NCBI GenBank assembly: GCA_963693365.1
Contig: CAVNZM010000005.1
Location: 8,068,710-8,132,709, forward strand
Length of the DNA: 64,000 nucleotides
Source: Amoebidium appalachense
Taxonomy: Eukaryota > Protista > Ichthyosporea
Direction of reading: 5' to 3'
Shown: in pieces, positions 44,001 to 53,880 of the stretch
Layout of the letters: every line of letters starts with the position of its first letter
How positions within the stretch are numbered: the stretch's first letter is position 1
Translations under genes and position numbers: made by a program
Notes under the pieces: generated by a model
Told to the model about the DNA's origin: nothing
The model's input: only the letters and a program-made list of their open reading frames with translations
The model's database searches: none

Positions 44001-44952
44001 CCCTACACAATTACACCCAAACAAAGGCAAAAACTACTCAGAAACACTTATTTAGTTGAAAAGAAAGTGGTTTGTGCCCGTTTATTATGTAGAAAACATG
44101 TCCGAAGGGTTTTGGCCAGCAGCTCATGAGAGCTCACATTTCACGTTCTGGGTATCGGAGAAGCGCCGTTTTTTTTTGCCGTTGCAGGCCTGAGTGCCAG
44201 TAACCGCCCCACCCATTTCCCCGCCCATATTCAAACAAAACCAATGAGAAAAAACGCACAAAAAAAGAAAATAACCAAGTATGGGATCATAAGTTTCTCA
44301 CGATTTACAGGGCTCTCAAGATTTGCAGGTTTGCCCCTACCAGGGAAAAACAAAGAAAAGAAAAAGGAAAAAAAGACAAAAAAAAAGGGGAACAAAATAA
44401 ATGGGTGGCAATTAAGGGCAACTGTAATGCGTTTAGGGAAAAGCGAGAGTCTGCAAAAACCATCGAAAGAATATTTACAAGAGAGAATAACAATTTCTTC
44501 CCGTCATATTAGGGTACCTACCAGCCACTTGACGGTCTTGCCAGGGGTCAACTTCTCAAGCACAGGGATGTCGTCGTCATCATCCTCATCCTCGCTATCC
44601 GACGAAGGGGGGGTACGCTTGCGGCTGCTTTTGGACTTATGCGGGGACTAGGAGTCTCGTGCTCATTCTCCGCATCGCCCGATTCATCACCAGATGATGG
44701 GCCCTCCGGTGGGATGTTTTCAAACTCAACGAATTTCCCTTCCGGCATGGAATGGCCGGCACCGCGCAGCGCAGCCAGCATCTCATCCCTGCCTGCAGCG
44801 TAGGTAGTCCGCAGCTTGTCCTTCATCGTGGTGGTGGGGTAGCGCTTGCAGACAACCGTAAGGTAGTAGGCCAACCTGATGTCGTCATTCGGAAGAAGGT
44901 ACTGCCCGTCGGCATCTTTAGGAAAGTCCTCGTCGGCTCCCCAAGACGACAT
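38581..44952 (-). CDS. Five-exon gene of unknown function with acidic linker and tail, copy B
   Basis: Exons 44952-44522 (1-nt frameshift at the G4 run ~44643-44646), 41399-41073, 40617-40408, 39614-39441, 39063-38581; all phase-0 GT-AG joins. Confidence 0.75.
41993..42232 (+). CDS. 79-aa hypothetical protein inside the pogo-like element, convergent with the transposase
   Basis: aaaATGG start context, uninterrupted complex frame MAFADIILVPRLD..LLFLNNQTAAP. Confidence 0.4.
   Translation: MAFADIILVPRLDTSDMVDIEYKDDAQLLKIKHYPHLEVLLTIWEDTAHIYYANVTTAEYEAVLRQKELLFLNNQTAAP
42291..43891 (-). pseudogene. Degenerate pogo/CENP-B-type transposase
   Basis: HTH-psq-like AEVAATTGISVATLYRH, KPGPKPILT, CENP-B-like GLPGEGWFNLFERR, first catalytic motif LFNDDEK. 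Several frameshifts, a 33-bp duplication (ELVEEKQINVE twice), most of the DDE core missing, charged C-terminal helix retained. Confidence 0.8.
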
Positions 44953-45609
44953 GAGGCGTTTTGGTTTGTCACCGCTTGCAGGAGACTTGGATGTATCTGT
45001 GGATAAAAGTGGGAGTGAGCATGGGTGAAGAAGTAAACTGGAAGGAAGATTGTGTGGGAAACACCACGTGTATACCGTTTACCTTAAACCTAGTTTAGGG
45101 TCATTATATGAGATAGATAGTATGCATTTTGCATATGCAAAGGCATGTGTTGGTTGGTCAATGGATATGGAAAACATATACACAAAACATCCACACTATA
45201 CATATAGGTATTAGTCGGGCATCCAATGGATATAAAGCATCAATCAAAGTATCAATTCTATATGTAATACCTATCCAACAGACATGTGTTTGTTGGCCAA
45301 CGAACGTGTACAAAATATGTGTTGCATATACACACTGATTAGTCGGTTATCCAACAGATACTTAAGCTTATGTTTTTTATCTCGGCAATCTACTAGAACA
45401 TCGGAAACATGCTTCTGTAACACCCAGAAGGTTATTTCGCACATGCACTTGCAAAACCAAGGAAAGAAAACTACGTGCACACAACACAACAACATACAGA
45501 AAACGAGGCAAGAGAAAAACGTCAGTGTGCTGTTTTCACGCATACAGTATGTGGGAAACACACCAAACAAAAACAAAAGGGATAGAGTATTTTTTTTTAA
45601 ACGCGCGCA

Positions 45610-45645
<36 letters not shown>

Positions 45646-45647
45646 AC

Positions 45648-46622
45648 CGATTGCAATGGGGATGTTTAGCCGTCGAATTGTAGCAAATGCTTTCACTACT
45701 CTGTCTATGTCTGGGAGGAAATGTGATCGGCATTCGCAAACATCATACAAGGACAGCTTTTCCAACCAACCAAGTGTGGCAGTGTTCACCGCAAGCGCAA
45801 CGTTCGGCCCGCACTGGAAACCATAGTGCAGGGCTAATGGTGTGGTTTGGACTAGGCAGCCCGGGCGCTGAATGACTATGGTTGGGGCAAGTCCCTTTGA
45901 CACTAGATACAAGGGTGATAGGGGGAGAAAGCACTTGTGCTGGATGGGGTTGGTACAATCTAAATCAGGGAACTCGTTTTTCACAAGTTCCATGATATGA
46001 GGGTATTGCCAAGGAGCATGTACGAACCACACTTTGAGACCATCCAAAAGAATGCTGGAAGATGACAGCGCTCCGTCTTCTATGTGGCCGCAAAAACCGA
46101 CAAGAGAATTTTTCCCGTGGGTGTTTTATCCGATGCGTTAAGCATTGCATACAAGAAAGCTTCGTTGATTCCTGGCATTCTTTTCCCATAGTGTTCCTGT
46201 CCAATTACCGTGTGGTCCGCAATGATTGTTGGGTCGTAGAGGCGTGCGTCCGTTATTTGAGCTATGTCTATTTCAGCATGCTCAACATAAAAACCACCTT
46301 CCCCTACAATGTTTTTCTCGTAGAAAGACATGATTTCCGCTGCATCCATCCGGGACAGCCCAACTACATCTTCCACTGCCCCATCCAACACTTCGTATCC
46401 CTCCTTAACCGGCTTTTTCACTAGTTGCCCCCATGTTTCTGAAACAGCCATAAATGTATGTCTAGTGACGTTTTTCTGTATAGTGCGTGCAGGAACAAAC
46501 TTCATGATGTCACCAAAGGGAATGGGCGACGCAAAGTTCGTTAACAAGACTGCCCCCTCCCCTTTCGCTTCTGCTTCGTGCAAGGCGCTGAGGGCCTGTA
46601 AAGCTTTTTCACATAAACCCAT
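45648..46622 (-). CDS. KDM4/JMJD2-like JmjC histone demethylase; one homopolymer frameshift; last exon not resolved
   Basis: Adding one base to the A5 run at 46092-46096 joins ORFs 46080..46649 and 45271..46047: FYEKNI..GGFY..MPGINEAFLYA..SVFCGHIEDGALSSSSILLDGLKVWF..CTNPIQHK..LSPLYL..G..IVIQRPG..T.PLALHYGFQCGPNVALAVNTATLGW..CECR. This is collinear with KDM4 (YWKNL, GVNTPYLY, FAWHTED, KSWY, RHK, QEAGEF, YHAGFN, CSCR). Donor at 45647. Confidence 0.85.
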
Positions 46623-47254
46623 GGTTGTGTGTGAACATCTTTTTAACAAAGTACGTGATGGTGAGTGCTGTGTGAAAGAATGCTTGCTTAATGAGAAAGG
46701 ACGCAGAAGTGAAACTGACCGGTCGAGGGATATGCGGGGGCTTATATGCGTGCAAGCTCACACAATAAACCCACCCTTTTTGGCGCCAGACACATCAGCA
46801 ATCTTCCCCCCCCATCGGAAACCCCTCTACGACGTCGACGACGGGTTCGGAGTAGTTTACGATACCTGAGTGGCTGCGTTTGGTACCCTCGACATTTTAA
46901 TGGATGGAAAAGCTGAAAACCCATCGTCGACGTCGACAAGCATGTTACAGGGTAATAAAGAGGTCCACTGATTTCTCGACCCTCATGTGTATATGCCAAC
47001 GTCATCCTATGGACATGCTGTGCATGCGTTTATACCGTCCATTAACCAAATGTAGCACCTATTCCAATGCTATAGATGTGCTATGGACGTCGTAAGCCTG
47101 TTCTACGTATGTATACTGTGTAGGCTAACATGATGGGTATCGTCGACGTCGAAAACAAAGCATACTGTGAAGGCGATTCTGAGCATCTTAATATGAGGTT
47201 TCCGACGTCTGTAAACTAATAAGAAACGGCGAATTCTGCAATAATAAATACTGT

Positions 47255-47316
47255 TTTTATAATGTATAAGTACAATAGTTTTATGTGTATATATATATAT
47301 CATATAGTATATATAT

Positions 47317-47352
<36 letters not shown>

Positions 47353-47408
47353 TTGGGGTTTTTATAATGTATAAGTACAATAGTTTTATGTATATATATA
47401 TAGTATAC

Positions 47409-47470
<62 letters not shown>
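47255..47470. repeat. (TA)n microsatellite with a duplicated flank
   Basis: tttttataatgtataagtacaatagttttatg occurs twice, each followed by (TA)n. Confidence 0.9.
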
Positions 47471-47474
<4 letters not shown>

Positions 47475-47504
47475 GGGGTAGGGGTGTCCTGGGAATGAAT
47501 GACC

Positions 47505-47813
47505 CCCGGAGTAGTTTTTCATAGAAGCCCCATACGACCACCATAAGGATCGCTAATTATACCCCCATACGATCATTATAATGATCTCATTATATGCCCC
47601 ATACGACCACCATAAGGATCGCTAGTTATACCCCCATACGATCATCATAATGATCTCATTCTATGCCTCATACGATCATTATAGTGATCACATACCAAAA
47701 TCCATACGGTTATCATAATGATCACAAGGAGATTATCTAACGGGCGCAACTGACATGTGAATTTGTTTTTGCACGCCTCATGGAAAGCGGATGAGGCTCA
47801 TCAGGTGGCCGCG
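47505..47813 (+). repeat. Direct repeat copy 2
   Basis: Same start and end as 35413-35756; contains a 71-bp internal duplication. Confidence 0.85.
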
Positions 47814-48394
47814 GAATGAAAGTGGTGATATCCCCCCATTCCGACCGGTTTTGTTAGACCCCCCACACAGAGAAACTGCCTAATGCAAAGTTTGGTTGTG
47901 CTCCCAACAATCCCCTGCACGTTATTAACCGTTGAATCCCCCCCCGTATTACAGCGCATTTTGCATAATATGGACGTACAACGGTCAATAACTTTTCCCA
48001 CAGAAATGGGGGGACAGTCCGACCGGTTTTGTTACATCACCCACACAGAGACACTGCCTAATGCAAAATTTGGTTGGGCCCCCATCAATCCCCTGCACGT
48101 TATTAACCGTGCAAATGTATCCATCTTGTAGTATCCACCTTTCGGTGGTTCACATGTCTACTAGTAGGTGTAATAAAGATGTCCAAACATAATCCATAAC
48201 ACGCCTTATGTATATCCATGGGCCATCCCCAAGACTGTAACAATACCATCCATATTACTGTCGTAAAACGATATATCGTACGGTACAAACGGTCGTAAGA
48301 CGATACATAATATCGTCGACATGTGGACTACGACATACAAACATGCTCGCCGGATATCGTAGATTTCACCATATTTTGGAGTACTAGTACTCAA

Positions 48395-48890
48395 CTGCAA
48401 AATATTCAATGCAGAGTTCTTGTCGGTCATACGATACGGCATCTTGCAGTAGTATTTGTGTGCACGCTCCCAGCTCTCAGCTGACTCCACCGGGCCAAAG
48501 AGGCGATAGTCGTCAGAATAATGCACACCAGCATGGAATTTCGATGTTTTGAGTTCGTTTTTGGTGGAGTCCTTGAAGCACTCGTACGCAGCTTTGCCGA
48601 ACCTGCGTTTTTTGTTGGTGATATTACTTTACAATATAATGCACTAGAGCGGCACGGAGTCCATTACCAAATGGCGAAAGTTCTGCCATCATTACCTGTA
48701 GGATCTATACACCTAGACACGTGCAGGGAGGGGGGGGGGGGGGGTCGTAGTGGGAAGGAGGGAAGACAGGGGGGCTTTGGGGGGGGGGGGGGGGGGGGGG
48801 GGGGCAGACACGTACGTTCTGTAACGCTCGTTCATCTCGTTGAGTGAGTCCTCGGTGAATTCGTATCCTGTCACCATGCTGTATCACTCG
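48395..48890 (-). pseudogene. Relic of a second Plavaka transposase (one and a half exons)
   Basis: Partial exon E*YSMVTGYEFTEDSLNEMNERYR (~48890-48816), an intron, then exon 48602-48395 FGKAAYECF..SKFHAGVHYSDDYRLFGPVESAESWERAHKYYCKMPYRMTDKN. Intron positions match the 58-64 kb gene; the downstream donor has decayed to TTGAGT. Confidence 0.85.
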
Positions 48891-48959
48891 ATTGTCGACC
48901 AACTACTGTGGTAGTATAATGCTATGATGACAATTTGTGCATGCGTTCCTTATAAGCAT

Positions 48960-51900
48960 CGGGTTTTTTCAATAACTACCCACAGAGTAGCTTCGACCAC
49001 GAGAAATTCACCACAAATTATAAGGGGGGATGGTGAATGTGCCCCTGGAGTACGAGGGTCACACGAAAAAAACACAACGTTGTAGCTCGTATAGAACCCA
49101 ACTTGTAGCATAGTACATGTACATATGTTACCTAGACATTATTGGTTTTTCAATAACTACCCACAGAACAGCCTCTAGCACCAGACATTTACCACAAAGT
49201 TTATGGGGGGGATGGTAAATGTGCCCCTGGAGTACGAGGGTCACACGAAAAAAACACAACCTTGTAGCTCGAATAGAACCCCCCGTGTAGCATAGTATTA
49301 TGTACATTGTGTTAGGGGTTTACACACTTTTTATTGCGTGGACACTGCCGGAGGCCCCGCCACATTCGACGGCCTACTGCGTTTTATTTACCAAAACGTT
49401 TATGCCGGGGATGGTGAATGTGCCCCTGGAGTACGAGGGTCACACGAAAAAAACACAACGTTGTAGCTCGTATAGAACCCCCCTTGTAGCATAGTACATG
49501 TACATATGTTTCTTACACATTTTTGTTTTTTTCAATAACTACCCACAGAACAGCCTCTAGCACGAGAAATTTACCACACAGTTTGTGGGGGGGGATGGTG
49601 AATGTGCCCCTGGAGTACGAGGGTCACACGAAAAAAACACAACGTTGTAGCTCGTATAGAACCCCCCTTGTAGCATAGTACATGTACATATGTTACCTAG
49701 ACATTATTGGTCTTTCAATAACTACCCACAGAACAGCCTCTAGCACGAGAGATTTATCACAACGTTTATGGGGGGGATGGTGAATGTGCCTCTGGAGTAC
49801 GAGGGTCACACGAAAAAAACACAACATTGTAGCTCGAATAGAACCCCCTTGTAGCATAGTATATGTACATGTGTTACCTAGACATTATTGGTTTTTTCAA
49901 TAACTACCCACAGAACAGCCTCTAGCACGAGAAATTTACCACACAGTTTGTGGGGGGGGATGGTGAATGTGCCCCTGGAGTACGAGGGTCACACGAAAAA
50001 AACACAACGTTGTAGCTCGTATAGAACCCCCCTTGTAGCATAGTACATGTACATATGTTACCTAGACATTATTGGTCTTTCAATAACTACCCACAGAACA
50101 GCCTCTAGCACGAGAGATTTATCACAACGTTTATGGGGGGGATGGTGAATGTGCCTCTGGAGTACGAGGGTCACACGAAAAAAACACAACATTGTAGCTC
50201 GAATAGAACCCCCCTTGTAGCATAGTATATGTACATGTGTTACCTAGACATTATTGGTTTTTTCAATAACTACCCACAGAACAGCTTCTAGCACGAGACC
50301 TTTACCACAACGTTTATGGGGGGGATGGTGAATGTGCCCCTGGAGTACGAGGGTCACACGAAAAAAACACAACGTTGTAGCTCGTATAGAACCCCCCTTG
50401 TAGCATAGTATATGTACATATGTTACCTAGACATTATTGGTTTTTCAATAACTACCCACAGAACAGCCTCTAGCACGAGAGATTTACCACAACGTTTATG
50501 GGGGGGATGGTGAATGTGCCCCTGGAGTACGAGGGTCACACGGAAAAAACACAACATTGTAGCTCGAATAGAACCCCCCTTGTAGCATAGTATAAGTACA
50601 TGTGTTACCTAGACATTATTCGTTTTTTCAATAACTACCCACAGAACAGCTTCTAGCACGAGAGCTTTACCACAAAGTTTATGGGGGGGAAGGTAAATGT
50701 GCCCCTGGAGTACGAGGGTCACACGAAAAAAACATAACCTTGTAGCTCGAATAGAACCCCCCTTGTAGCATAGTATATGTACATAGTATGTTACCTAGAC
50801 AATATTGGTTTTTTTGCAATAACTACCCACAGAACAGCTTCTAGCACGAGAGCTTTACCACAAAGTTTATGGGGGGGATGGAGAATGTGCCCCTGGAGTA
50901 CGAGGGTCACACGAAAAAAACACAATGTTGTAGCTCGAATAGACCCCCCTTGTAGCATAGTATATGTCCATGTGTTACCTAGACATTATTGGTTTTTTTA
51001 ATAACTACCCACAGAACAGCTTCTAGCACGAGACATTTACCACAAAGTTTATGGGGGGGATGGTGAATGTGCCCCTGGAGTACAAGGGTCACACGAAAAA
51101 AACACAACGTTGTAGCTCGTATAGAACCCCCCTTGTAGCATAGTATATGTACATGTGTTACCTAGACATTATTGGTTTTTTCAATAACTACCCACAGAAC
51201 AGCTTCTAGCACGAGAGCTTTACCACAACGTTTATGGGGGGGATGGTGAATGTGCCCCTGGAGTACGAGGGTCACACGAAAAAAACACAACGTTGTAGCT
51301 CGTATAGAACCCCCTTGTAGCATAGTATATGTACATAGTATGTTACCTAGACATTATTGGTTTTTTCAATAACTACCCACAGAACAGCTTCTAGCACGAG
51401 AAATTTACCACAAAGTTTATGGGGGGGATGGTGAATGTGCCTCTGGAGTAGAGTACGAGGGTCACACGAAAAAAACACAATGTTGTAGCTCGAATAGACC
51501 CCCCTTGTAGCATAGTATATGTCCATGTGTTACCTAGACATTATTGGTTTTTTCAATAACTACCCACAGAACAGCTTCTAGCACGAGACATTTACCACAA
51601 AGTTTATGGGGGGGATGGTGAATGTGCCCCTGGAGTACGAGGGTCACACGAAAAAAACACAATGTTGTAGCTCGAATAGACCCCCCTTGTAGCATAGTAT
51701 ATGTCCATGTGTTACCTAGACATTATTGGTTTTTTCAATAACTACCCACAGAACAGCTTCTAGCACGAGACATTTACCACAAAGTTTATGGGGGGGATGG
51801 TGAATGTGCCCCTGGAGTACGAGGGTCACACAAAAAAAACACAACATTGTAGCTCGAATAGAACCCCCCTTGTAGCATAGCATATGTACATGTGTTACCT

Positions 51901-52850
51901 AGACATTATTCGTTTTTTCAATAACTACCCACAGAACAGCTTCTAGCACGAGAACTTTACCACAAAGTTTATGGGGGGGATGGTGAATGTGCCCCTGGAG
52001 TACGAGGGTCACACGAAAAAAACACAATGTTGTAGCTCGAATAGACCCCCCTTGTAGCATAGTATATGTCCATGTGTTACCTAGACATTATTGGTTTTTT
52101 CAATAACTACCCACAGAACAGCTTCTAGCATGAGACATTTACCACAAAGTTTATGGGGGGGATGGTGAATGTGCCCCTGGAGTACGAGGGTAACACAAAA
52201 AAAAACACAACATTGTAGCTCGAATAGAACCCCCCTTGTAGCATAGCATATGTACATGTGTTACCTAGACATTATTCGTTTTTTCAATAACTACCCACAG
52301 AACAGCTTCTAGCACGAGAACTTTACCACAAAGTTTATGGGGGGGATGGTGAATGTGCCCCTGGAGTACGAGGGTCACACGAAAAAAACACAATGTTGTA
52401 GCTCGAATAGACCCCCCTTGTAGCATAGTATATGTCCATGTGTTACCTAGACATTATTGGTTTTTTCAATAACTACCCACAGAACAGCTTCTAGCACGAG
52501 ACATTTACCACAAAGTTTATGGGGGGGATGGGGAATGTGCCCCTGGAGTACGAGGGTCACACAAAAAAAACACAACATTGTAGCTCGAATAGAACCCCCC
52601 TTGTAGCATAGCATATGTACATGTGTTACCTAGACATTATTCGTTTTTTCAATAACTACCCACAGAACAGCTTCTAGCACGAGAACTTTACCACAAAGTT
52701 TATGGGGGGGATGGTGAATGTGCCCCTGGAGTACGAGGGTCACACGAAAAAAACACAACGTTGTAGCTCGTATAGAACCCCCTTTGTAGCATAGTATATG
52801 TACATAGTATGTTAACTAGACATTATTGGTTTTTTCAGTAACTACCCACA
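48960..52850 (-). repeat. ~183-bp tandem satellite, about 21 units, inverted relative to 32400-34030
   Basis: Unit gtgcccctggagtacgagggtcacacgaaaaaaacacaac; period 182-184 bp. Confidence 0.95.
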
Positions 52851-53460
52851 TGCGGCATGTGTTACTTTCACGTTATTGGTTTCCTAGCACGGGATATTCA
52901 GCACACAGTTGGGGATGTGGGGGCAGTGTACACCTCAATATTGGTAAGGTGGTGGGTGGGTTGGGGGGGGGGGGGGGGGGGGTTCCACACAACCGAAACT
53001 GTCGGTGTTACAAGTGGTTCGGTCTTAGGAAGTTAGAACGGTGATTTTTTAATTAATAGCGGGAAACAATATTATCCCCATTGCATATGGGGGGAACGAG
53101 GAGGGGGGGGGGGGGGGGGGGGGGGGGGGTTTCACAACGAATTCTATCGACTGTGCATAATTAATGTATATTGCACATGTAGCCTGAAAGATTAAAGTGA
53201 ATGTGTGTATGTATATGTGCGAGTATATTTGTGTATGCAATACATGTACAATGTTTTCGTCTTTGTAGGTGGGTGGGTGGGGTGGGTGGGTGGGGGGGGG
53301 GGGGGGGGGGGGGGGTGCGGGGGGGGGGGAAGAGGGAGGGGGGAGGGGGCATCATGATCAGGGATAACAGGGTGTGTGCGTGTGTGCGCTTGTGTGTGCA
53401 TGTGCTGTGTGTGTTGTGTAGGTGTGCGCCTGTGTGTGTGCGTGCCTGTGTGTGCGCGCC

Positions 53461-53492
<32 letters not shown>

Positions 53493-53526
53493 GTGCATGT
53501 GTGAGTGTGTGTGCGTGCGCGCGCGC

Positions 53527-53557
<31 letters not shown>

Positions 53558-53754
53558 TGTGTGTGATTTCAAAGAAGTCGAAAGCGCCAGTGACACCCAT
53601 GTTGAAAAAAAGACAAGCAAGCACGCTAAGAAGGACAGCAAGAAGTAACAGAAACCCTTTCATGCCGAAAAAAATGGTCAAGAACAAAGAAGTGGAGGAC
53701 ACGTAACTATAGTCTGATAGTTGTGACTAAGGGCACTAAGGGTAGCGCTAAGGG

Positions 53755-53880
53755 CACCAAGCTGATGCACGCGCGCGCGCGAGCCGAAATCTATTTTTAT
53801 CTTTTTCCTAATCAGGCGCGGCGAATAGTGATTGGCTAAATCCCAATCCGGTTTGCAATTTTTTCTCCATTTAAGCCTGT
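53755..53880 (+). promoter_or_regulatory. Outward-facing promoter-like block in the right arm
   Basis: Inverted copy of 30040-30180, followed by cgcaggtc short repeats and donor AAG|GTTAGT at ~54090. Confidence 0.4.

Larger units (their letters stand above)
41612..44337 (-). mobile_element. pogo-like (Tc1/mariner superfamily) DNA transposon, non-autonomous, in intron 1 of copy B
   Basis: TIR GGGGTAAACCTGCAAATCGTGAGA versus reverse complement GGGGCAAACCTGCAAATCTTGAGA (2 mismatches in 24). TA duplication at 41610-41611 and 44338-44339. An extra inner TIR-like copy at ~44291-44311. Confidence 0.9.

Noticed and set aside
7252-48890. Possible TGA-to-Trp recoding (in-frame TGA at 7254, 7332 and in the Plavaka relic)
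   Set aside because: The copia ORF, cargo copy A and the Plavaka gene end in TGA and use TGG for Trp; point mutations explain the cases.
32400-52850. 183-bp and 147-bp arrays as CRISPR, tRNA or 5S gene arrays, or as coding repeats (ORFs 33176, 37007, 50777)
   Set aside because: Units are near-identical end to end, with no unique spacers and no recognisable RNA-gene sequence; the ORFs are incidental.
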